Assembly (NCBI GenBank): GCA_964016885.1
Contig: OZ024740.1
Coordinates: forward strand, 97,340,001 to 97,404,000
Direction of reading: 5' to 3'
Length of the DNA stretch: 64,000 nt
DNA from: Eledone cirrhosa
Taxonomy: Eukaryota
Positions 30,107 to 42,767 of the stretch are shown piece after piece; position 1 is the first letter of the stretch, and each line of letters starts with the position of its first letter. A program made the position numbers and the translations under genes. A model generated the notes under the pieces. The model did not search any database, had not been told where the DNA came from, and saw only the letters and a program-made list of their open reading frames with translations.

Positions 30107-32323
30107 ATACTAAAATAATTAATTTATCTAAAAGAGATCTTGACAAAGATGAAATGAAATTCCGTCAAAAGGACTGAAATTCACACGGACTCCAAGAACT
30201 GAAGGGGGATACCCAAGAATTCTGTCGAAAATTACGTCTTGTAGAATTCTTCGCTGATAAAAATAATGAGAGTGATGAATCACTATTAAAGAATAAATCA
30301 AATTTCACTCCGCCAAAAGGAAGAAATATCTATCTCGACCAATACATTGACATCCTGTCTAAATTTCCTCTTAGACATAATACTAATGTTAGGCCAACAT
30401 TAACAAATCAGAAATGTCTGCACTTAAACGTATACAAAATGATAAAACAATAATAATTAAACAAGCAGATAAAGGGGGTGCAGTTGTTATAATGGATACT
30501 AAATACTACAAGGATTTGGTTGAGGAACAACTGAAAGACACAATATTCTATCATGAAATAACGTCAAATATAGACCACAACATCGTGAAGAAGATCAACA
30601 ACCTGGCTTCAAAATACCACAACTCATTTACTGATAAGGAAAGAGACTACATCACCAATTTTGAGCCGAAACCCAGCAACCTGTATGGCCTACCGAAAGT
30701 TCATAAGTCAAAAGAAATACAACTGGCAGTAAGAGAACAAAACAGTGAGTACATTAAATTATTACACCCAAAAGACTTAAAACTTAGACCTATTATAGCT
30801 GGTCCAACATGCCCCACCCACGGTCTAAGCAATTTTGTTGACATTATTTTGAAACCACTATGTATTCACATACCCAGTTTCATCCGGGATGATATCAACT
30901 TCCTATCCCATCTTCCCAAAACCACGGAAACGAATTCACTTCTACTCAGTTTTGATGTGGTAAGCCTTTACACCAACATTACACATGATTTAGGAATAAA
31001 GGCGGTTAAATACTGGGTGGAAAAACACAGAGAAGTGATTACCATTAGATTCACAGCGCCATTTATATTAGACGCAGTTAAACTTATTCTGGAAAACAAC
31101 ACTTTCTTCTTCAATGGAAAGAATTACATTCAATTTAGAGGCACAGCGATGGGAACGAAGTTTGCTCCCGTTTACGCGAACTCTGTAATGGGATACTTAG
31201 AACAACAAGTCTACCAAGAAATAGAGGAAAAATATAGTATTGACTTTAGAAAGTACATTGAAAAATCTTGGAAGAGATACCTTGACGACTGTTTCATCAT
31301 CTGGACAGAATCTCTAGATACTCTGGATTAGTTCAATATCCTCCTGAATAACCTACACCCATCTCTTCAATTCACAAAAGAGATGAGTAGGACCAAATTA
31401 CCATTCCTAGATATAATGATAATCAAAAACGACACCACCATTACCACGGATATATATTATAAACACACAGACACCCATCAATATCTGAATTTTAAGTCGT
31501 GCCATCCACCTCATATAAAACGCAACATCCCATACTGCCTAGCCAGAAGAATTTGTACCCTTGTAGAAGATACGAATACCAGGTACAAACGCCTAACAGA
31601 ACTAAGAGAATTTTTGCTCAAACAAAAATACCCATCTCTACTTATAGAAAATGGCATACAGCGGGCTATAAAAATATCTATACAACAACTTAGGACAACC
31701 CAAGGAAGAAGAAACCAAGAACTGGTCATACCATTTATAATGACACACAACCCATGTCACCAGAATATCTTCAACACTGCCAAAGCAAACCTGCCGATCA
31801 TTGCTCAAAGTAATGAATTAAAAGGCTTAATCACAGATCGATCTTTGACTCTTAGTAAAAGACAGTCAAAAAATTTGAAGCAATTACTAACAAAAGCAAA
31901 GTTTGACCTTAACAACAAAGACCAATCATTCACTGTATCTAAATGCAATGATAGTCGATGCGGCACATGTCAATCCATACACCCCGGTCAATATATGAAA
32001 AGAAAAACTGGAAAAATATTCCCAAATGCAAATATGAACTGCAAAAGCAGAAATCTAATTTACTGCATTAAATACCCGAATTGTGAAGAACTATATGTCG
32101 GTCAAACAGGAAAGGCACTATCGGAATATGCACGGGTACACCGTCAACAAATCAGAGACCCAAATGTCCGTCAGATACCCTTAAGTAACCATCTAGCAAC
32201 ATGTGGTCAGGGAATATTTATAATATTCCCATTCTCTAAATTACACAGCCCAAGTTAAATCAAGAGAAAAATCAAAGAAAAGAATGTTATTGATAAATTC
32301 AAACCCAAGCTAAATGAACAATA
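30028..32323 (+). pseudogene. RT-GIY-YIG ORF2, copy 2
   Basis: Same lesions as copy 1. Confidence 0.92.
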
Positions 32324-32950
32324 ATAACGCTTAGGGGTATTACTTCTACTACCACTATGACTACGACCACTAACAACAACAACAACAACAACAATAATAA
32401 TAATAATAATAATAAAAGTGATGTTGATGGTGATGATTAATAGAAAATGCTATTTTCATCATTTCTAAAAATAGCAAAACAATTGATGCTTTGGATATGA
32501 TTATTGGTCGTTAGACATGCTCAACCAGCCGTGACGCTTAAACCAATCAGCTTTAGTAATTCAGTGAAACTACACACTGATTGGTCGAAATACAGTTTAC
32601 AGGGCTTAGCATTCTGGAGCCACTTTTCTGTATGAAATGTATAAAAGGTAGGAAATTTACCCATCTTATTACAGTTGAAGATTGCAAACTTGACTGTCAC
32701 CACATATTATGAACCTGAAGATTGCGAAAGCATGAAAGCACTTGTTCAATTAACACTTAGAATTTAATACTCTATCATACTATTTCATTATAATACCATT
32801 ATATATTTTAAAGGATTGTAAATAAAACGAGTAAATCAGACAAAGTTGGAATTCCTCTTATTAATATAATCTTCTATACACAATCATACACACCCATGTA
32901 TATTTACCTATCTATATATATATATATATTCCTATTGTGTATATGCCAAC

Positions 32951-34294
32951 ATGTCTGGAAAGCAGCACATGAAATCAACAGAATCAGAAAGAATTCTAAA
33001 GGAGATATCATCGAAATTATCAACACTTATCACGATGATGGACACACAATGGTCTATTTTAAAGGAAATAGAAAAACAATCTACAGACGGAAAACTTATA
33101 ACTGAACATATAAACTCTGAAATTAAGAATTTAGCTGAAATTATACCAACAGTTATCAAAGATACAAGAGAAAGCCTACCACAACCCCCTTGGATGTCAG
33201 AAATAAACGAAAGAAATTTGGAAAACAAAACACATCGAATAAGAAAAGAAATGTGGAAGATATGGAAAAAATTCCTTAACATAAGAAAACAAAATTTCTG
33301 GAAAGCATACAAATGCGAAAAATGGGTCGAAACACATTCGAAATGGCTCTCTCTAACGGCACCCATACTCCCTCATAAATACCTAATTACAGAAATTGCA
33401 GGAGAACCAGAAGAAGAAACAAAACTCCGATGGGAACTTACATTGACAAAATTCAGGACCGACATCTCCATTTCTGAATGTAAACAATCCCGCTACAAAG
33501 CCAGATATGAAGCTATTGATGACCAAGTTGAAATTTCAAAGCTAACGACTGGTATTATAGCTGAAAAACTACGAGAACTATGGATCGGAGATATCTCAAA
33601 AGAAGAAAACAAATCAAGAAAGGTATGGCAGCAGAAACAATTATTTCTCGACGAATATGCTGCAAATTACGGTAAAGACTCTGGAACCCTGAGAAAAAGC
33701 ATTAAAAGTGGACAATCTCATCAACACAACATACGCCAGAACACGTGCCAACACAAACACTCACCTTACCTTGAATCAAAGAAGAACTACGGTAATAACT
33801 CTTCGCTTTTTCTACAAAAACACCCTATCGCACACAACATGAACAAAAAGCACAAACACGATAGATACTCCTTTGACCAGACCATGAGAAGTAGTAAAAC
33901 CAGGAGATCATTCTCAAGATCTCAACAGAGACTACCAACAAGGAATGTGGAAACAAAACGTAGAATAACCAGATCACTCTCAAGATCTCAACAGAGATTG
34001 CCCACAAGAAACTGGACGAAAGAACGATCTAAACCTGAAAGCAAACCTAGGTCATTTCCCCATGTTGTTAAAAATAATGCTAACAGTAAGAAAAACAATA
34101 TACAGAATACCAAAAATAGGACAAAATACATAACGAAACCAAATATAATATCACGACCAAAAGTTCATCAAGCGAACACCAACAGGAATATAAATCCTGA
34201 ACAGAGAAAAATCCATTTTTTAACGTCAGGACAACAAAAACAGGAAAAAGAAAAACTCCAGGAGGAAACATACCCAAAACAACTGTACACGTAG
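32951..34294 (+). CDS. PLE ORF1, copy 3
   Basis: Identical 447-aa translation. Confidence 0.85.
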   Translation: MSGKQHMKSTESERILKEISSKLSTLITMMDTQWSILKEIEKQSTDGKLITEHINSEIKNLAEIIPTVIKDTRESLPQPPWMSEINERNLENKTHRIRKEMWKIWKKFLNIRKQNFWKAYKCEKWVETHSKWLSLTAPILPHKYLITEIAGEPEEETKLRWELTLTKFRTDISISECKQSRYKARYEAIDDQVEISKLTTGIIAEKLRELWIGDISKEENKSRKVWQQKQLFLDEYAANYGKDSGTLRKSIKSGQSHQHNIRQNTCQHKHSPYLESKKNYGNNSSLFLQKHPIAHNMNKKHKHDRYSFDQTMRSSKTRRSFSRSQQRLPTRNVETKRRITRSLSRSQQRLPTRNWTKERSKPESKPRSFPHVVKNNANSKKNNIQNTKNRTKYITKPNIISRPKVHQANTNRNINPEQRKIHFLTSGQQKQEKEKLQEETYPKQLYT

Positions 34295-36511
34295 ATACTA
34301 AAATAATTAATTTATCTAAAAGAGATCTTGACAAAGATGAAATGAAATTCCGTCAAAAGGACTGAAATTCACACGGACTCCAAGAACTGAAGGGGGATAC
34401 CCAAGAATTCTGTCGAAAATTACGTCTTGTAGAATTCTTCGCTGATAAAAATAATGAGAGTGATGAATCACTATTAAAGAATAAATCAAATTTCACTCCG
34501 CCAAAAGGAAGAAATATCTATCTCGACCAATACATTGACATCCTGTCTAAATTTCCTCTTAGACATAATACTAATGTTAGGCCAACATTAACAAATCAGA
34601 AATGTCTGCACTTAAACGTATACAAAATGATAAAACAATAATAATTAAACAAGCAGATAAAGGGGGTGCAGTTGTTATAATGGATACTAAATACTACAAG
34701 GATTTGGTTGAGGAACAACTGAAAGACACAATATTCTATCATGAAATAACGTCAAATATAGACCACAACATCGTGAAGAAGATCAACAACCTGGCTTCAA
34801 AATACCACAACTCATTTACTGATAAGGAAAGAGACTACATCACCAATTTTGAGCCGAAACCCAGCAACCTGTATGGCCTACCGAAAGTTCATAAGTCAAA
34901 AGAAATACAACTGGCAGTAAGAGAACAAAACAGTGAGTACATTAAATTATTACACCCAAAAGACTTAAAACTTAGACCTATTATAGCTGGTCCAACATGC
35001 CCCACCCACGGTCTAAGCAATTTTGTTGACATTATTTTGAAACCACTATGTATTCACATACCCAGTTTCATCCGGGATGATATCAACTTCCTATCCCATC
35101 TTCCCAAAACCACGGAAACGAATTCACTTCTACTCAGTTTTGATGTGGTAAGCCTTTACACCAACATTACACATGATTTAGGAATAAAGGCGGTTAAATA
35201 CTGGGTGGAAAAACACAGAGAAGTGATTACCATTAGATTCACAGCGCCATTTATATTAGACGCAGTTAAACTTATTCTGGAAAACAACACTTTCTTCTTC
35301 AATGGAAAGAATTACATTCAATTTAGAGGCACAGCGATGGGAACGAAGTTTGCTCCCGTTTACGCGAACTCTGTAATGGGATACTTAGAACAACAAGTCT
35401 ACCAAGAAATAGAGGAAAAATATAGTATTGACTTTAGAAAGTACATTGAAAAATCTTGGAAGAGATACCTTGACGACTGTTTCATCATCTGGACAGAATC
35501 TCTAGATACTCTGGATTAGTTCAATATCCTCCTGAATAACCTACACCCATCTCTTCAATTCACAAAAGAGATGAGTAGGACCAAATTACCATTCCTAGAT
35601 ATAATGATAATCAAAAACGACACCACCATTACCACGGATATATATTATAAACACACAGACACCCATCAATATCTGAATTTTAAGTCGTGCCATCCACCTC
35701 ATATAAAACGCAACATCCCATACTGCCTAGCCAGAAGAATTTGTACCCTTGTAGAAGATACGAATACCAGGTACAAACGCCTAACAGAACTAAGAGAATT
35801 TTTGCTCAAACAAAAATACCCATCTCTACTTATAGAAAATGGCATACAGCGGGCTATAAAAATATCTATACAACAACTTAGGACAACCCAAGGAAGAAGA
35901 AACCAAGAACTGGTCATACCATTTATAATGACACACAACCCATGTCACCAGAATATCTTCAACACTGCCAAAGCAAACCTGCCGATCATTGCTCAAAGTA
36001 ATGAATTAAAAGGCTTAATCACAGATCGATCTTTGACTCTTAGTAAAAGACAGTCAAAAAATTTGAAGCAATTACTAACAAAAGCAAAGTTTGACCTTAA
36101 CAACAAAGACCAATCATTCACTGTATCTAAATGCAATGATAGTCGATGCGGCACATGTCAATCCATACACCCCGGTCAATATATGAAAAGAAAAACTGGA
36201 AAAATATTCCCAAATGCAAATATGAACTGCAAAAGCAGAAATCTAATTTACTGCATTAAATACCCGAATTGTGAAGAACTATATGTCGGTCAAACAGGAA
36301 AGGCACTATCGGAATATGCACGGGTACACCGTCAACAAATCAGAGACCCAAATGTCCGTCAGATACCCTTAAGTAACCATCTAGCAACATGTGGTCAGGG
36401 AATATTTATAATATTCCCATTCTCTAAATTACACAGCCCAAGTTAAATCAAGAGAAAAATCAAAGAAAAGAATGTTATTGATAAATTCAAACCCAAGCTA
36501 AATGAACAATA
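34216..36511 (+). pseudogene. RT-GIY-YIG ORF2, copy 3
   Basis: Same lesions as copy 1. Confidence 0.92.
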
Positions 36512-37135
36512 ATAACGCTTAGGGGTATTACTTCTACTACCACTATGACTACGACCACTAACAACAACAACAACAACAACAATAATAATAATAATAATAA
36601 AAGTGATGTTGATGGTGATGATTAATAGAAAATGCTATTTTCATCATTTCTAAAAATAGCAAAACAATTGATGCTTTGGATATGATTATTGGTCGTTAGA
36701 CATGCTCAACCAGCCGTGACGCTTAAACCAATCAGCTTTAGTAATTCAGTGAAACTACACACTGATTGGTCGAAATACAGTTTACAGGGCTTAGCATTCT
36801 GGAGCCACTTTTCTGTATGAAATGTATAAAAGGTAGGAAATTTACCCATCTTATTACAGTTGAAGATTGCAAACTTGACTGTCACCACATATTATGAACC
36901 TGAAGATTGCGAAAGCATGAAAGCACTTGTTCAATTAACACTTAGAATTTAATACTCTATCATACTATTTCATTATAATACCATTATATATTTTAAAGGA
37001 TTGTAAATAAAACGAGTAAATCAGACAAAGTTGGAATTCCTCTTATTAATATAATCTTCTATACACAATCATACACACCCATGTATATTTACCTATCTAT
37101 ATATATATATATATTCCTATTGTGTATATGCCAAC

Positions 37136-38479
37136 ATGTCTGGAAAGCAGCACATGAAATCAACAGAATCAGAAAGAATTCTAAAGGAGATATCATCGAA
37201 ATTATCAACACTTATCACGATGATGGACACACAATGGTCTATTTTAAAGGAAATAGAAAAACAATCTACAGACGGAAAACTTATAACTGAACATATAAAC
37301 TCTGAAATTAAGAATTTAGCTGAAATTATACCAACAGTTATCAAAGATACAAGAGAAAGCCTACCACAACCCCCTTGGATGTCAGAAATAAACGAAAGAA
37401 ATTTGGAAAACAAAACACATCGAATAAGAAAAGAAATGTGGAAGATATGGAAAAAATTCCTTAACATAAGAAAACAAAATTTCTGGAAAGCATACAAATG
37501 CGAAAAATGGGTCGAAACACATTCGAAATGGCTCTCTCTAACGGCACCCATACTCCCTCATAAATACCTAATTACAGAAATTGCAGGAGAACCAGAAGAA
37601 GAAACAAAACTCCGATGGGAACTTACATTGACAAAATTCAGGACCGACATCTCCATTTCTGAATGTAAACAATCCCGCTACAAAGCCAGATATGAAGCTA
37701 TTGATGACCAAGTTGAAATTTCAAAGCTAACGACTGGTATTATAGCTGAAAAACTACGAGAACTATGGATCGGAGATATCTCAAAAGAAGAAAACAAATC
37801 AAGAAAGGTATGGCAGCAGAAACAATTATTTCTCGACGAATATGCTGCAAATTACGGTAAAGACTCTGGAACCCTGAGAAAAAGCATTAAAAGTGGACAA
37901 TCTCATCAACACAACATACGCCAGAACACGTGCCAACACAAACACTCACCTTACCTTGAATCAAAGAAGAACTACGGTAATAACTCTTCGCTTTTTCTAC
38001 AAAAACACCCTATCGCACACAACATGAACAAAAAGCACAAACACGATAGATACTCCTTTGACCAGACCATGAGAAGTAGTAAAACCAGGAGATCATTCTC
38101 AAGATCTCAACAGAGACTACCAACAAGGAATGTGGAAACAAAACGTAGAATAACCAGATCACTCTCAAGATCTCAACAGAGATTGTCCACAAGAAACTGG
38201 ACGAAAAAACGATCTAAACCCGAAAGCAAACCTAGGTCATTTCCCCAGATTGTTAAAAATAATGCTAACAGGAAGAAAAATAGTATACAGAATACCAAAA
38301 ATAGGACAAAATACATAACGAAACCAAATATAATATCTCGACCAAAAGTTCATCAAGCGAACACCAACAGGAATATAAATCCTGAACAGAGAAACATCCA
38401 TTTTTTAACGTCGGGACAACAAAAAACGGAAAAAGAAAAACTCCAGGAGGAAACATACCCAAAACAACTGTACACGTAG
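37136..38479 (+). CDS. PLE ORF1, copy 4
   Basis: 447 aa; the 3' part carries private substitutions. Confidence 0.85.
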   Translation: MSGKQHMKSTESERILKEISSKLSTLITMMDTQWSILKEIEKQSTDGKLITEHINSEIKNLAEIIPTVIKDTRESLPQPPWMSEINERNLENKTHRIRKEMWKIWKKFLNIRKQNFWKAYKCEKWVETHSKWLSLTAPILPHKYLITEIAGEPEEETKLRWELTLTKFRTDISISECKQSRYKARYEAIDDQVEISKLTTGIIAEKLRELWIGDISKEENKSRKVWQQKQLFLDEYAANYGKDSGTLRKSIKSGQSHQHNIRQNTCQHKHSPYLESKKNYGNNSSLFLQKHPIAHNMNKKHKHDRYSFDQTMRSSKTRRSFSRSQQRLPTRNVETKRRITRSLSRSQQRLSTRNWTKKRSKPESKPRSFPQIVKNNANRKKNSIQNTKNRTKYITKPNIISRPKVHQANTNRNINPEQRNIHFLTSGQQKTEKEKLQEETYPKQLYT

Positions 38480-40699
38480 ATACTAAAATAATTAATTTAT
38501 CTAAAAGAGATCTTGACAATGATGAAATGCAAATTCTGTCAAAAGGACCGAAATTCACACCGACTCCAAGAACTGAAGGGGGATACCCAAGAATTCTGTC
38601 GAAAATTACGTCTTGTAGAATTCTTCGCTGATAAAAATAATGAGAGTGATGAATCACTAGTAAAGAATAAGTCAAATTTCACTCCGCCAAAAGGAAGAAA
38701 TATCTATCTCGACCAATACATTGACATCCTGTCTAAATTTCCTCTTAGACATAATACTAATGTTAGGCCAAACATTAACAAATCAGAAATGTCTGCACTT
38801 AAACGTATACAAAATGATAAAACAATAATAATTAAACAAGCAGATAAAGGGGGTGCAGTTGTTATAATGGATACTAAATACTACAAGGATTTGGTTGAGG
38901 AACAACTGAAAGACACAATATTCTATCATGAAATAACGTCAAATATAGACCACAACATCGTGAAGAAGATCAACAACCTGGCTTCAAAATACCACAACTC
39001 ATTTACTGATAAGGAAAGAGACTACATCACCAATTTTGAGCCGAAACCCAGCAACCTGTATGGCCTACCGAAAGTTCATAAGTCAAAAGAAATACAACTG
39101 GCAGTAAGAGAACAAAACAGTGAGTACATTAAATTATTACACCCAAAAGACTTAAAACTTAGACCTATTATAGCTGGTCCAACACGCCCCACCCACCGTC
39201 TAAGCAATTTTGTTGACATTATTTTGAAACCACTATGTATTCACATACCCAGTTTCATCCGGGATGATATCGACTTCCTATCCCATCTTCCCAAAACCAC
39301 GGAAACGAATTCACTTCTACTCAGTTTTGATGTGGTAAGCCTTTACACCAACATTACACATGATTTAGGAATAAAGGCGGTTAAATACTGGGTGGAAAAA
39401 CACAGAGAAGTGATTCCCATTAGATTCATAGCGCCATTTATATTAGACGCAGTTAAACTTATTCTGGAAAACAACACTTTCTTCTTCAATGGAAAGAATT
39501 ACATCCAAATTAGAGGCACAGCGATGGGAACGAAGTTTGCTCCCGTTTACGCGAACTCTGTAATGGGATACTTAGAACAACAAGTCTACCAAGAAATAGA
39601 GGAAAAATATAGTACTGACTTTAGAAAGTACATTGAAAAATCTTGGAAGAGATACCTTGACGACTGTTTCATCATCTGGACAGAATCTCTAGATATTCTG
39701 GATGAGTTCAATATCCTCCTGAATAACCTACACCCATCTCTCCAATTCACAAAAGAGATGAGTAGGACCAAATTACCATTCCTAGATATAATGATAATCA
39801 AAAACGACACCACCATTACCACGGATATATATTATAAACACACAGACACCCATCAATATCTGAATTTTAAGTCGTGCCATCCACCTCATACAAAACGCAA
39901 TATCCCATACTGCCTAGCCAGAAGAATTTGTACCATTGTAGAAGATACGAATACCAGGTACAAACGCCTAACAGAACTAAGAGAATTTTTGCTCAAACAA
40001 AAATACCCATCTCCACTTATAGAAAATGGCATACAGCGGGCTATAAAAATACCTATACAACAACTTAGGATAACCCAAGGAAGAAGAAACCAAGAACTGG
40101 TCATACCATTTATAATGACACACAACCCATGTCACCAGAATAACTTCAACACTACCAAAGCAGACCTACCGATCATTGCTCAAAGTAATGAATTAAAAGG
40201 CTTAATCACAGATCGATCTTTGACTCTTAGTAAAAGACAGTCAAAAAGTTTGAAGCAATTACTAACAAAAGCAAAGTTTGACCTTAACAACAAAGACCAA
40301 TCATTCACTGTATCTAAATGCAATGATAGTCGATGCGGCACATGTCAATCCATACACCCCGGTCAATATATGAAAAGAAAAACTGGAAAAATATTCCCAA
40401 ATGCAAATATGAACTGCAAAAGCAGAAATCTAATTTACTGCATTAAATGCCCGAATTGTGAAGAACTATATGTCGGTCAAACAGGAAAGGCACTATCGGA
40501 ATATGCACGGGTACACCGTCAACAAATCAGAGACCCAAATGTCCGTCAGATACCCTTAAGTAACCATCTAGCAACTTGTGGTCAGGGAATATTTATAATA
40601 TTCCCATTCTACAAATTACACAGCCCAAGTGAAATCAAGAGAAAAATCAAAGAAAAGAATTTTATTGATAAATTCAAACCCAAGCTAAATGAACAATAA
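38401..40699 (+). CDS. RT-GIY-YIG ORF2, copy 4 (most intact; one frameshift near 38570)
   Basis: The -1 frame reads IINLSKRDLDNDEMQILSKGPKFTPTP, then switches into the 728-aa frame ELKGDTQEFCRKLRL...PKLNEQ. Confidence 0.9.
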
Positions 40700-41284
40700 T
40701 AACGCTTAGAGGTATTACTTCTACTACCACTATGACTACGACCACTAACAACAACAACAGCAACAACAACAATAATAATAATAATAAAAGTGATGTTGAT
40801 GGTGATGATTAATAGAAAATGCTATTTTCATCATTTCTAAAAATAGCAAAACAATTGATGCTTTGGATATGATTATTGGTCGTTAGACATGCTCAACCAG
40901 CCGTGACGCTTAAACCAATCAGCTTTAGTAATTCAGTGAAACTACACACTGATTGGTCGAAATACAGTTTACAGGGCTTAGCATTCTGGGGCCACTTTTC
41001 TCTGTATAAAATGTATAAAAGGTAGGAAATTTACCCATCTTATTACAGTTGAAGATTGCAAACTTGACTGTCACCACATATTATGAACCTGAAGATTGCG
41101 AAAGCATGAAAGTACTTGTTCAATTAACACTTAGAATTTAATACTCTATCATACTATTTCATTATAATACCATTATATATTTTAAAGGACTGTAAATAAA
41201 ACGAGTAAATCAGACAAAGTTGGAATTCCTCTTATTAATATAATCTTCTATACACAATCATACACACCCGTGTATATTTACCTA

Positions 41285-41329
<45 letters not shown>

Positions 41330-41348
41330 CTATTGTGTATATGTCAAC

Positions 41349-41787
41349 ATGTCTGGAAAGCAACAAATGAAATCAACAGAATCAGAAAGAATTCTAAAGG
41401 AGATATCATCGAAATTATCAACACTTATCACGATGATGGACACACAATGGTCTATTTTAAAGGAAATAGAAAAACAATCTACAGACGGAAAACTTATAAC
41501 TGAACATATAAACTCTGAAATTAAGAATTTAGCTGAAATTATACCAACAGTTATCAAAGATACAAGAGAAAGCCTACCACAACCCCCTTGGATGTCAGAA
41601 ATAAACGAAAGAAATTTGGAAAACAAAGCACATCGAATAAGAAAAGAAATGTGGAAAACATGGAAAAAATTCCTTAACATAAGAAAACAAAATTTCTGGA
41701 AAGCATACAAATGCGAAAAATATGTCGAAACACATTCGAAATGGCTCTCTCTTACGGCACCCATACTCCCTCGTAAATACCTAATTA
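41349..41787 (+). pseudogene. ORF1 5' fragment forming the 3' extension of the partial tandem
   Basis: First ~146 codons of ORF1. Confidence 0.85.
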
Positions 41788-41792
41788 AATTC

Positions 41793-42505
41793 TTTTAATT
41801 ACGCATAAAGTGTATTGCAAAATACATTATATATACATCCATATATATATTGCTATTTCAGAGCTCCAATTCTAATTTTTAATTTCTGCCTGACCAACAA
41901 CCGCCCTGCATAATCAGCTCCTGATTATTTACTAGATTTCTATAAGAATATAACATCAATGATCTCGGTAGACAGGAGGGGTAGTTGGCCTTGATAAGCT
42001 TCAGCCAAAGCGAAATAAGACTTGTCGGCTTATCTCCCCTGTTTGCTGAGATCAAAGTAAGTGAATTTGTCACTACTTTAAAACAATAGCTTACGGTCTT
42101 CAAAATGCTTTTAATTAAGCATAAAGTGTATTGCAAAATACATTATATATACATCCATATATGTATTGCTATTTCAGAGCTCCAATTCTAATTTTTAATT
42201 TCTGCCTGACCAACAACCGCTCTGCATAATCAGCTCCTGATTATTTACTAGATTTCTATAAGAATATCACATCAATGATCTCGGTAGACAGGAGGGGTAG
42301 TTGGCCTTGATAAGCTTCAACCAAAGCGAAACAAGATTTGTCGGCTTATCTCCCCTGTTTGCTGAGATCAAAGTAAGTGAATTTGTCACTACTTTAAAAC
42401 AATAGCTTACGGTCTTCAAAATGCTTTTAATTAAGCATAAAGTGTATTGCAAAATACCTTATATATACATCCATATGTATATTGCTATTTCAGAGCTCCA
42501 ATTCA
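41793..42505 (+). repeat. 316-bp tandem repeat (2.3 units) with one HHR per unit; retrozyme-like
   Basis: HHRs at 41987-42030 and 42303-42346: ggcc-TTGATAA-gctt..aagc-GAAA-caagatttg-TC-ggct (second unit). Confidence 0.75.
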
Positions 42506-42609
42506 AATATATATTTATATATATATATATATTATATATGTATATATATTATATATATATTATATATATATATATTATATATATATATATATTATATATA
42601 TATATATAT

Positions 42610-42640
<31 letters not shown>

Positions 42641-42767
42641 TATATATATATATTGTATATATATATTGTATATATATATTTATATTGGTAAACGGAATAG
42701 AAAATGCTGACAAATTGTTCACAGTTGAAAAATAGTTTAATTAGGAATAGAGATTGATTCATACAAA

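Larger units (their letters stand above)
25074..41787 (+). mobile_element. Tandem array of two-ORF Neptune-like PLE family A (~4 units of 4185-4188 bp)
   Basis: Identical RT ORFs recur at 26229/30414/34602 and near-identical ORF1s at 28763/32951/37136; first unit 5'-truncated, last unit ends in a partial ORF1. Confidence 0.97.

Noticed and set aside
38513-38570. The TTG/ATG start of the 728-aa ORF as the true RT start
   Set aside because: The conserved IINLS...KFTPTP N-terminus lies in another frame, and comparison with family B indicates a small deletion near 38570.
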